Shown in pieces: positions 50,373-60,337 of a stretch of 64,000 nt of DNA. Position 1 is the first letter of the stretch; each line of letters starts with the position of its first letter. Made by a program: the position numbers and the translations under genes. This DNA comes from Podarcis muralis (Eukaryota): positions 123,628,001-123,692,000 of the forward strand of contig NC_135656.1 of the NCBI RefSeq assembly GCF_964188315.1. Reading direction: 5' to 3'. A model generated the notes under the pieces. The model was not told the origin of the DNA and did not search any database. It saw only the letters and a list, made by a program, of their open reading frames with translations.

Positions 50373-51800
50373 TTCCCCCCTTTCAAGCTCAAGGACCTTG
50401 CTTCACACCAAGGTCCTTGATAGCTTGATCTTATGCCACATTCCTGAGGTAAGGCTCTGTATAGGGCCATGATATGAGGTAAAGTTTCATTTGAAACCAT
50501 CTTGCTAATTGTACTTCTAAAACATGAAATGATACATGGCATCATACATAAAACCATTACCACTACTGTCAAGAAAAACAAGCAAGACAATAGTATCCCT
50601 TTGAGTCCTGTGACATTAGGTAACCAATTGGTGAGCCATCCCATATCCCATCCTTCCTTGTGGCCAACACACGGATTGCCTCACCATTATCAGAAATGTT
50701 AAAGCAACAGGCATTCCCTGTCAAGTTCAAGACTCCACATAGACCTCCCTGCTTGGCAAGTACATAATCCATTCCCATTTTCAGCTGCAAAATGGGGCTC
50801 TACTTTCATCCAACTGTTGTGCAATAAGTCTCAAACTCTGGGCCGTTGCATTGGTTACAAGTTCCTCTACTGCTTGTAATTGAATTATTCTGTTTAGATT
50901 ATAAATAGGATCCCGTGCCCCTTGTATGAGCTCACCAGGATTCCAGGAGGCAGGATCATAATAGGCTATAATGCGCTCTGGCGGCCAATCATCAGTACCG
51001 CTCCAACTTTGGGTACTTCCTCCTGCTATACGAGAAATATCAGCATTCCTTCGTGTTCGCTTAGCTGAACTAGTGGGCAAATCCACATTGGTGGTAATAC
51101 CCATCCCAGGAAACAAGTCCCACTCCATTTGGAAGGGAGTTTCTTGTATGCCCATTCTCCACATATCCACCACAACCATCGGGTCTGAGGTTTTTGGTAC
51201 GTGGAGTACAGAAGGCGAAAATATCAAAAGAGGCAGAGAGTTCACAGCGCAGTATGTTAGATTGCCTTTTTCTGTCACAGTTGTGTTCCATACCACTTTC
51301 CATGCATGAATAAAAGGAGGTGCACAGGGCAAGGTATTCCAAGTTCGATAGGTAGTACCGTGTGCCCAGGTATGACTATTCTTAATATAATCCCAAGTAT
51401 AGTGACAATGAGAAGAGCCTATCATAGTAGAATCAGCTGCATCTGATGATTTATGTACACAGAATTCCCCTTGTACAGGTATAACTCGTAATGGTTTAGT
51501 TGAGTTCCATCCGGGGAAATTCTGTATTTCTGTTTGGTGTGGCATTTCGCTTACCATACCAATGGCATCTAATGGTATCGGTAATAAGGGCATACCTCCC
51601 TCTGAATCATCTGGCCCAAGAGAGCAAACAAGGCAATTGGTCCTATTTGCAACATTGGCTACCATTTCAGCTAAACCTACCCACATATTGTGGTCATGGC
51701 TGAATCCATATTTAGCAAATTTGGTCAGATTCAAGGACCCTTCCCCTTCCCAAGGGATCAGGATTAATAATAAAATCATGTTGATGTCTAGCATATGCAT
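50342..51800 (-). pseudogene. env: ERV env (frameshifted; longest ORF 51800-50781, 339 aa)
   Basis: Signal peptide, NCLVC, furin-like KRTRR, and WPPERIIAYY...IYNLNRIIQLQAV (ERV3-like). ISD-like LQLKMGMDYVLAKQGGLC and the TM anchor lie in two other frames. Confidence 0.9.
50373..50384 (-). promoter_or_regulatory. Polypurine tract
   Basis: GAAAGGGGGGAA immediately before the 3' LTR. Confidence 0.9.
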
Positions 51801-52111
51801 TCCTTCCACAAAAGATTACCTTATTGTGATAGCATAAAACTATTAGTCCCAATATAATTCCCCCAGTGACAGAAATGGGGAACCACCAAGACCAAAACAT
51901 ATATCCCAAGGATCCCCAATGTGTAATATCTCTGATAATTGTTCCACAAGGGGGCAGTCAATCAATTGTATAAGAGAATCTTCCCTTTCACAATCGCTGG
52001 TTCAGATGCTCCTCAAGCTTCAGGCGTGCGCAGGTCAGCCAGCTTCCAGATTGTGGCTGCAGCAGGCCGGTCGTCTAATGTTGCCCGTGACCTAGCCCGT
52101 TCCCCGTAGGG

Positions 52112-52610
52112 CTAGATACAGGGGTTTTTGGAGAGAGTCAGTTTTAAAGGATTAGAGGGGTCACCTTTGCACGTCCAACTGCCTTCGGACTTCTTCAAAC
52201 GGGAGTGATGAATCCAGGGGGTCACCTCAGCTACCTTCACCGCTGTTGGAGTAGAGAGCAAGACGGTGTAAGGTCCACGCCACTTAGGTGCAAGTGGATC
52301 ACGTCTCCACTCTTTCACCCATATGCTATGCCAGCCTGGAGCTGATGAATCTGCTCAGCAATGCTGCACGGCGTGTGCTTGAGGGCCCACCTGTTAAGAT
52401 AAAAAAACAAACAAACACGGGAGAGAGACAAAAACACGGGAGAGAGATTGCACTTGTCCCTGTGTCACATGGTCTCCTATTTGTTTGAGGTCAGTTGGAA
52501 TATCCTGAACAAAGGAGGGCGGCCTCCCATACAGGAGCTCAAAAGGTGACAACTTAAGTCTTTTGTGGGTGCACACCGAACACGAAACAGTGTTATGGGT
52601 AACACATCTA
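52112..52610 (-). pseudogene. pol: Integrase C-terminal remnant of pol
   Basis: VLPITLFRVRCAP, LSPFELLYGRPP, KWRGPYTVLLSTPTAVKV...WIHHSRLK. Confidence 0.88.
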
Positions 52611-52614
52611 CCCT

Positions 52615-53937
52615 CCTGAGACTTTAGACATATTAGTGGGCTTCTGGCATGCCCTGCAGATACCTTGCACAAGCGTCTGGCGGTAGGTGGTAAGCCTGGC
52701 CAGGTGAATTGCATTGTTTGGATCCCAATTAGGATCTTCCAAGGGAAAGTTGTCTTGGAGATGACGGTCAATATTATAAATATTTCCCACTCTGGCCTGC
52801 TCACGCAAATATATCTGTGCCTTTTCAATTATGTCTCTCCTTTCCTCAGTGGTGAAGAGAGTATTCAGGAGCTGGCGACAATCTGTCCAAGTAGGACTAT
52901 GAGTATTTACTATTGAGGTCACGAAGTCCATCATAGTCTGAGGTTTTTCTGCGAAAGATGGGGCGTTTTCCAATTCATCAGACTGTAGTTGTGAATGGAA
53001 TACATTGCAGGGTCGAAGTTCGAGGTGGCCGTGGTCCAGGTTGCCCATTAACCAGCACAGGCTCCTCAAGTGCATCAAATACTCTTCTGAGAGGGGCTAC
53101 TACGTGACCTTTTTCTTCACTTTGCTCTAGGGGCCTCAAATCATAGGGGATGGTATTTGTCCCAAGGCGTTCTTTTAACAGCTTAATACGCCTGGCTGTA
53201 TTGCTTGCTGACCGATTAAGGTCTCCCTGTAACTTCTGTAATAATTCTCTAGGACTTGGATGTACAGGGGTTTGGGGTAGGCAATCAGTTGTTCCACTAA
53301 AAGAGACTGTAGATGGAGTTCTACTGGGACTCACAGATGGAATAACCACTTCTGCTTGGGCTTCATTATAGGACTCCAATGCCTCCTGAAGATATTTATC
53401 ATAATCTATCAAGGAGTCAAGTTCTGTGTCTCTACCCCCATTATTCGTTCCACTTTCTTGCCTTGGGGTTACAACTGGTGGAGGGTTTGAATTAGGCTCC
53501 CTTCGATGTGGAGCATAGAGTGGAGGTGGAAACACCTCTTCCTCTGGTCCCTCAAAAATGGGTTTGAGTTTATTTGGCAAGATTCCTTTCCTAGCTTCGG
53601 CTTTTACAGCCAATAATTTGCATCGTTGGACTTTGCATTCCCTTATCCATGGAGGATTTTTATTTAATGTGCTCAGCCAGGAATCTATATATGAAAATTG
53701 TTCTGGGCACCCTCCAGTTTCTTTGGTGATGTTAGACCAAAGTTTGCTTACTAAATTTATATCAAAGGTTCCCTGAGATGGCCATTCAGTATTTTGTTTT
53801 GGCCATTCTAGTTCACATAACGTTCTCAAGCGCCCTGGCGTCATTTTGACTCCATATGCCCCTGAGAAGGCTTTCTTAAAATTATTTAACATACATTCAA
53901 GAGGTGTATTTCCCCCCTTTGAACCCCCAACTCCCAT
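52615..53937 (-). pseudogene. gag: ERV gag (MA-p12-partial CA), frameshifted and truncated
   Basis: MGVGGSK myristoylation motif, LRTLCELEWP, PPLY late domain, and CA motifs THSPTWTDCRQLL.TLFTTEERR, PNWDPN, KPTNMSKV. Confidence 0.9.
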
Positions 53938-54413
53938 TGTATGGCCCTGTGAAGTATCCACTCAGTCACTCACACACACACCTTACTGGGAAACGAAGTA
54001 GTACTCACTCCACACTTAGGTCAGTTACACATTGTACTTTCTCACACATGCAATGCGCTAGATACTTCAACCACACTCTACCTCCCAATCTTCCCTTTTG
54101 CCCTACACCAGATCACCATCTGATGTACCCAGCCACCTAGCGTACTCAGTTCCCCTTTACTGAGACGCAGAAGTTTGATCAGGACTTCTCTTCCTCCCAA
54201 TTAATTGGAGGGCCAAAACCCTTTAGTGCACTTACCCTTAGCTGGTTCCGTTTCCCCCCGGTCCGTCGCCGTCGGTGGGCAGGGTATCAGACAGACGAGA
54301 CTGCTGCGTTCCCCTGGAAAAAATTTTTCCATTGCGCGCTGGGTAGGCAGTGTGGTCCTCTGTCTTGTACCCCGTCCAGTAAGGCGAAGGGGCTGCGTTC
54401 CAGCAGACCACTG

Positions 54414-54432
54414 ATCCGAGTCGCAGGCACCA
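54414..54432 (-). promoter_or_regulatory. Primer-binding site, tRNA-His-like
   Basis: TGGTGCCTGCGACTCGGAT versus TGGTGCCGTGACTCGGAT (complement of the vertebrate tRNA-His 3' end), 5 nt inside the LTR. Confidence 0.7.
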
Positions 54433-54437
54433 TAAAA

Positions 54438-55595
54438 TGTAGCACCCTGCTTGTGGTTAACGCTTAGCTGGAATGAAATATTCAACGCAGCAACAGAGAA
54501 ATTAAAATAATAATTTATTTGTCAGACAAATAAATGTGAGGCACAGTGGTATATGATTACCAAGCTCTGGCCTGCCTCCTGCCATTATGGCCAGCACTTA
54601 TATTTCCTTAATCCAGCCCCCTTTGCTCCTCTTGTGGCTGCATCTGCCCAACCAGCCTGGTTGGATTTCCTATTGGCTGATTGCTATGACCAATCACAAA
54701 AATACACTCATTTCCTATTGCCTTTTATGGGAGACAAAGAGCTATATTTCCTTCCATTTATAATTGACAAACAAGTATTAATATATCTTTACATGTGTCT
54801 CAACAAGGAATCTTAATTACCAGCTCACCTCCTGCCCTCCTTGCCCTACTGCCTTCTAAAACAAACGGTTAATCTTAAATTTTTATCTTGAACAGATGTC
54901 AGAGACCTTGGGTTCATATTCTCATGCATCATCAATGAAATATCTCCTTTTGGAGGTCTTTAAACAAAGGCCCGACAGCCATCTGTCATAAGTGCCCGCT
55001 GGCGTCTTTCTGTCTTGCAGGGGAGCTGACTTAAATACAACTCTTACAACTATATGAAATAAGAATCTAGCATTTCTTAAATCCTTTGCATAATTACATT
55101 TAAGCCAGCATATTTCATACATAACATATATAGCTTTTTAGAAGGATAAATCTCCTCAAAGTAAAAGGAAGGAACAGTTTACAGCCTCAAAATAAAAGTG
55201 AAGGAAAAAGTCTATTCCCCTGTTTACACTCCCCTCCTTCTCCAGCCAGTTGTTTAGTTTTCCGTGTGCTCTTGGCCTTTTGTCCTGTGGCTCAAGTTTA
55301 AGAGAGGCCCAGGGTATCATTTTACTGTTTACCCACTCTTAATTATGTAGGGTCTGTGTAACCTTGGTCTTCAGCCTGTAATTCCAGCTTTTACGACTTT
55401 GAGAATTGTTTTCTGCTATAAATCAAGGGGGCCCCTTGTCTAGGAGGAAAACATTGCCAGTGTTTTCTTAAGCAGCTGGTCTGCCTGGCATGAAACTTTT
55501 ATGAATTCAAGCCCTTTTTAGACTTTTTGAACCTGATCAAAATATAAGTCAATATAGACCTTGATTAAAAATGCAGTCTATATTCAGATGCCACA
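54438..55595 (-). repeat. ERV 5' LTR
   Basis: Direct repeat of 49215-50372, with CCAAT-like, ATATAA and AATAAA signals in order on the minus strand. Confidence 0.96.
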
Positions 55596-55880
55596 GCGCC
55601 AGCTTGTCCTGGTGTCGGCGTGGGCTCTCTGATTTAAAGAGACTTCACACTGTCTGAACAGCTCCGGCTCTGCTGCGGCTAATCAGTGAGTTGCGCAGCG
55701 GCGCCCGCCACTACAGTCCAGAGGAGACACCTTATGGTAGCTTCGGGGGCCTTATATTCTGGGGTGGCCTTATTATCAGGGAGGCCTTATATTTGGGGAG
55801 GGCCTTATATTACAGCGGGAGGCAAAACTGGAAGTAGGTCTTATTTTCAGGGGATGTCTTACTTTCGGGGAAACAGGTTA

Positions 55881-56900
55881 GGTCAAGGTTGACGTCACAG
55901 GTGCTTTTCCCAACAGGGGTTCCCTCCCCTGTGAAGAGGTGGCAAAGGGGTCCTTTAGTGGGTCCCTTCAAATACAGGTATTGATGGGTGAGGTTCAGGG
56001 CTGTCAGGTTCCAGGAAGTGATGTCTCCCCTGTAGTATTGGCCCCAGGTCACAGCCACTGCTACCAGAGGCAGGCCTTGCTTTGGGTGACTTGGTGCATG
56101 TGCACAGATCCAGCAGTTGGGGTAGGGAGCTTCCCTGGCCACCTTGTTCAACGGTCGGATATGAGTTTTGGTCCCAGGAGGAAAGAAGATCTTGCTCTGT
56201 CTACAAAGGGGTTGGGCCAACGTGCCTCGGACAGGAGTGCCCAAACGTCTTTCAAAGAGGGCCAGATTTGATGAAGTGAACATGTGGAATGGCCGACCAA
56301 AGTTGTTGACCTTTTTTAGGACTGAAGTTGTTGATTAGACCCCCAAAATGGACTTTGGTGATGCGTGGCCTAGGGGATGCAGAGGGTCATTGGTTTTCAG
56401 AAGTCTCACGTCCTTGGTGACACACACACACACCCCCCCGGCACCTCTGAGGCCTGGTGTGATCCCAACTTGGGGTTTTGTGCAGCCCTGCAGTGTGAAA
56501 CCAGTGTGAAACTGGCCCTTCCCAGTCGTTGGTTACTCCAATGTCCCAGAGGCAACAAAATCACCATAGGCAAAGTCCTTGCAGTTCGGTTTTCTGGGGC
56601 TGAGAGTCCATTCGAAGGCATTGGCTCCCAAAGATCAAGTTCTCTGTGGGGAACACAGACTAGAATCTGTGTAGATATAAACAGCTCCCCCATTGTCCAC
56701 CTCTATCTAGTTCGGGTGCTTGGGAACTTCCCCTTGGCTGTAAAGGAGGGAGCTACTGTTTGCACATCACAGGCAATTTTGTTGATGTCAAGGAGATAAA
56801 AAATTACACAACTTTTTGAAGGTAAGCCCTGTTCGGGGAAGTTTCTAGTTTTGATGTTGTAATGTGTTTTTACTATTTTTTGTTGGGAGGCGCTCAGAGT
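55881..56900 (-). pseudogene. env: 5' half of the old retroviral env SU remnant
   Basis: NCWICAHAPSHPKQGLPLVAV (CxxC SU motif)...KGPLC...PVGKSTC. The upstream limit is uncertain. Confidence 0.68.
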
Positions 56901-56954
56901 GGCTGGGGAAACCAAGTGAGGTGGGCGGCCTACAAACAATAAAATTATTACTAT

Positions 56955-56960
56955 TGTTGC

Positions 56961-57003
<43 letters not shown>

Positions 57004-57030
57004 ATTATTATTATTATTACTACTACTACC
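56955..57030 (+). repeat. (GTT)n(ATT)n(ACT)n compound microsatellite
   Basis: Direct tandem runs. Confidence 0.92.
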
Positions 57031-57049
57031 ATCCCTCCAATCTCGCCAG

Positions 57050-57500
57050 CCAAGCGATGCTTAGCTGCCCTGCACCCCTTGGGCACCTTTGTGGGAATGG
57101 AAATGAGAAGTCCACCAAGGGCGTCCCTATGAGAGCCCCCATCCCCAAACAGGACTCTCGGGACGCGTCCCCGTTTCCCCCGGCAGGAATCCCTCGGGGC
57201 GCTGGTGGCTGCGCGCGTGTGGCGAGGCGCGCCTCTTTCGGCTGGAGAGAAAGAGAGTCCATGGAAGGGGTTACGGAAGCGAGAGAGCCGCGATGCCTAG
57301 AGAGGCCTGGGAAGAGACCCCTCCCTCACCCACTGCCGTCTCTTACCTCCTCCTCCCCCCTCCCTGCTCGTCTTGGGAGGCTCCTCCGGATGGAGAGGTC
57401 GGTGCGCTCGAGAGGGATTCTGCGCGCAGGCGAGGGGTGAGCCGTGCCAAGGGGGTCTCTGGGCGCAGGACAGACTAGGGAGGGAGGGGGCAGAGGAACA
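57050..57500. promoter_or_regulatory. CpG island, candidate promoter/first exon (possibly of the ZNF gene)
   Basis: Locally high GC and CpG not attributable to a recognised TE; donor-like GGG|GTGAGC near 57435. Confidence 0.5.
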
Positions 57501-57805
57501 TGGGGAGGAAGGAGGGAAGCATCCCTGGGGGAGGAAAGCCCCGTCCAGCATTGGCAAAGGGGTGCAGAGGGAGAAAGAGACGCTGCCCTTTGGAAGGGAG
57601 GTCTCCCACTTGGGCGCTGGCGGGGGAATCTCCGGAGACGCTGCCTTGGCTTTTCCTTCCTGCCCAGAAACCTGTCTTGGGGAGAGGGGTCTCTGAAATT
57701 GGGAGGGGGTCCAATTCCCCACCCTCCCCTCCTTCCCGGAAGCTGGACTCTCCTTCCCCCACCCCCAGGCCAGCCAGCTGCTGCTGGGGGCTCCAGAAGC
57801 GGGAC

Positions 57806-57806
<1 letters not shown>

Positions 57807-57838
<32 letters not shown>
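57807..57838 (+). repeat. (CTG/CAG)n trinucleotide repeat, ~10 units
   Basis: Direct tandem run. Confidence 0.9.
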
Positions 57839-57840
<2 letters not shown>

Positions 57841-58099
57841 GTTACACCAAGCCAGGCCTTTGGTCCAGCTGGAGAGGAGAGGAAAGGGCAGGAAGCTCTT
57901 GAGAGGAAGGAGAGAGGGCTGTCCAGAGGGGGTCTTTGCATCTGGAATCCTCTTCCACGAAAGGACAGAAACTCGTTTGCCTCTCCCTGGATTTCAGTTT
58001 TAAGTGTCAATTCCACTGCATGGTTAATTGACAGTGATAATGTAGTGCACTATTAAAAAAAAAATGACTGGAGGTACTATGGAAATTCTTTCAGGATTT

Positions 58100-58635
58100 G
58101 TATATACCTTGGGTTACAGACGCTTCAGGTTACAGACTCTGCTAACCCAGAAATAGCACCTCGGGTTAAGAACTTTGCTTCAGGATGAGAACAGAAATCG
58201 TGCGGTGGCAGTGGGAGGCCCCATTAGCTAAAGTGGTACTGAAGGAAGGTGAGGACAGGTGACCCCACCTAGGACCGAAGTCACACACCCCTCAGTAATC
58301 ACCCCAGGCCTCAAAACTGTCCAAAATTCCTTTTGTCTTCTAAAAATCCACAGCTACAGCTTTTCTGTGGATTCTCACAAGATGCTGGTACATAGGCAAA
58401 ATGTTATTCTTTTATCAGCACGAGAAGGCTTCAAAAGGCTAATGAATAGGCTCTGTCAGAGCAGGCCTGAGAACTGACTTTTATCTCATTCAGTTGCAAC
58501 ATCTTTGGACATGCTGAACCGTTCTCATTCCCCTTTTCCTGGGAAGGGTGCCAAGAGTCCACAGGTTAAGAACAGTTTCAGGTTAAGAACAGACCTCCAG
58601 AAAGAATTAAGTTCCTAACATGAGGTACCACTGTA
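58100..58635. mobile_element. Tigger-like MITE, left end eroded
   Basis: Right end gaggtaccactg+TA, with repeated ggttaagaac/ggttacag subterminal motifs. Confidence 0.6.
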
Positions 58636-59342
58636 ATTTACAAATGGACAGCCTTTCTATAACTTTTTTCTTGTTTAGGCAATGTCAGAGCTGAGACACA
58701 ATCCATCGGCACCCAAAGACAGTAAATGCATGCACCTTCCCAGTTTGGGGTGCTTCAAGGGCAAAAGGCGCATTATCATGATAGACAATGCCTGTGACCG
58801 GAGGCTTTCCACACAGACATGTGCAGATGCAAACCAGTTATTGCCATTATTACTGGCGAGGTGTTTGAGATTCCCATATCTACAAACACTGTGTGTGAGA
58901 GAAAGGGAGTGGGTGGGATCATTTTTTTATAGCAATGCTGTAATTTTGTCCGTAACATTTGATGAACTGATATTGTGTTGGGAATTCCAAAACAACTAAG
59001 CAAAACCCACCAAGAAATTCACAGGTTAATGGTGGCGTGAGCTTTCCTGGCCCGCAATTCGCAGCATTCTCCTGTTGTCCACAAAGTTTTAGGCCATTAT
59101 AGGCTTATTAGCCTCCAATGGGCCACCAGGAACTTTGTTGTTTTTGATTCAAAAGCTAAATGTTCCTGAAGACTTTGACAGTCACGTATGACATAAACGG
59201 CACGTCTCTTTTATTTGTTCCACACAGGAGAGACTCTGATTCACAAGTCTAAACACATCTTGCTAGAAAAAGAAAAACACAGAAATGTGAAGGGGAAATT
59301 GAGAGGTAAGCCCTTTGAGTATGCAGTGAGACATTTCACTAC

Positions 59343-59455
59343 GTTTGTTGTTGTTGTTTAGTCGTTTAGTCGTGTACGACTCTTTGTGACCCCCCTGGAC
59401 CAGAGCACGCCAGGCACTCCTGTCTTCCACTGCCTCCTGCACTTTGGTCAGACTC
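59343..59455 (-). mobile_element. BovB 3' terminal fragment
   Basis: Near-identical to 41086-41200. Confidence 0.88.
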
Positions 59456-60337
59456 ACTACGTTAAAACATATCAAAAGCCCTGCTGGATCGAGAAGATGA
59501 CCCACTTTTGGCTTGTCTTCTGCAATTTCACCCATTTACCCATGTTTCTGTGGAGAGACATTGCCTCCAGTCCGCCCTTCCCTGCCCATTGCTAGGCAGG
59601 TTGTAGGCAGAGATACCTTTTTCTTTTCTTTTTTACCTTTACGCAGAGATAACTACATCCCACTCCTCCTCTCCATTCCTCCAGAGTCCCAGTATTAACC
59701 ACTATATTTATTCTCATGTCTTTGGGATTTAAGGGAACAGGAAGATTGCTACTGAAATTCAGGGGTTCCTGTAGTCCATTATTACAATTGATTGAATTTG
59801 TTAGTCCCTTTAGTTTACCAGGTCAACCCAAAGAAACTTGCAACCAAACATTTTAGTGATTAGGACAAAATTGTCATTGGGAATTCTGAACCGGAGAAAT
59901 AAATAGCAGGATTAGGGAGAGAGAGAAGCTCCCTTTCCGGTGAGGAACCTCTGTATTTAAATTGGCAATTCAAGAGAACCAGTGTATCTAGGATCATGCT
60001 GCATTATTAACGATACTTGATCATGATTAAAAGTTGATGATGCATTACTATTCTCTGACATTATTTCATTTCCTAAAAAATAGGAACATAGAAAAAGGAA
60101 GAGTGTAGGAGATGTTAAATTAAGAGAAGGTACCAAAGGCACTTGATGTGTGTTATATTCCTTTGTTCTCTTCTTTACAGGATTTCCTTTCCCCCTACTC
60201 GGAAGCAAGCGATAGAAAGGACAGTCAGAGCAATCTGTACTTTCATTAGGAATCACAAATAAACCATTTCAATATATGGAATAAACAACGTGATTCAGTC
60301 AATGAACACACTTAGTTCACATCAATGAACTGAAACA

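Larger units (their letters stand above)
49215..55595 (-). mobile_element. Class I (gamma-like, ERV3/HERV-R-type env) endogenous retrovirus, internally deleted provirus
   Basis: TG...CA LTRs of 1158 bp at both ends, 4-bp TSD GCGC, PBS, PPT, and gag, IN-tail and env remnants. Confidence 0.96.
48963..55878. mobile_element. Tc2/pogo-like MITE split by the ERV (arms 48963-49214 and 55596-55878)
   Basis: Inverted termini gtttccccgaaaataagac / gtcttactttcggggaaac, repeated ggtcttatt/ggccttata motifs, flanks CA/TA (eroded TA TSD). Confidence 0.75.

Noticed and set aside
50342-53961. ERV frameshifts as sequencing or assembly indels
   Set aside because: Not excluded, but unlikely as a general explanation: the two 1158-bp LTRs agree and ~9 kb of V2R and ZNF coding sequence has no such indels.
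49330-55122. Duplicated 87-aa and 66-aa ORFs
   Set aside because: They are simply the two LTR copies; no coding signature.
57297-58016. 239-aa minus-strand ORF with a polyQ run
   Set aside because: Non-ATG start, low complexity, GC-rich region open in several frames; the Q run is just the CAG microsatellite and no domain is recognisable.
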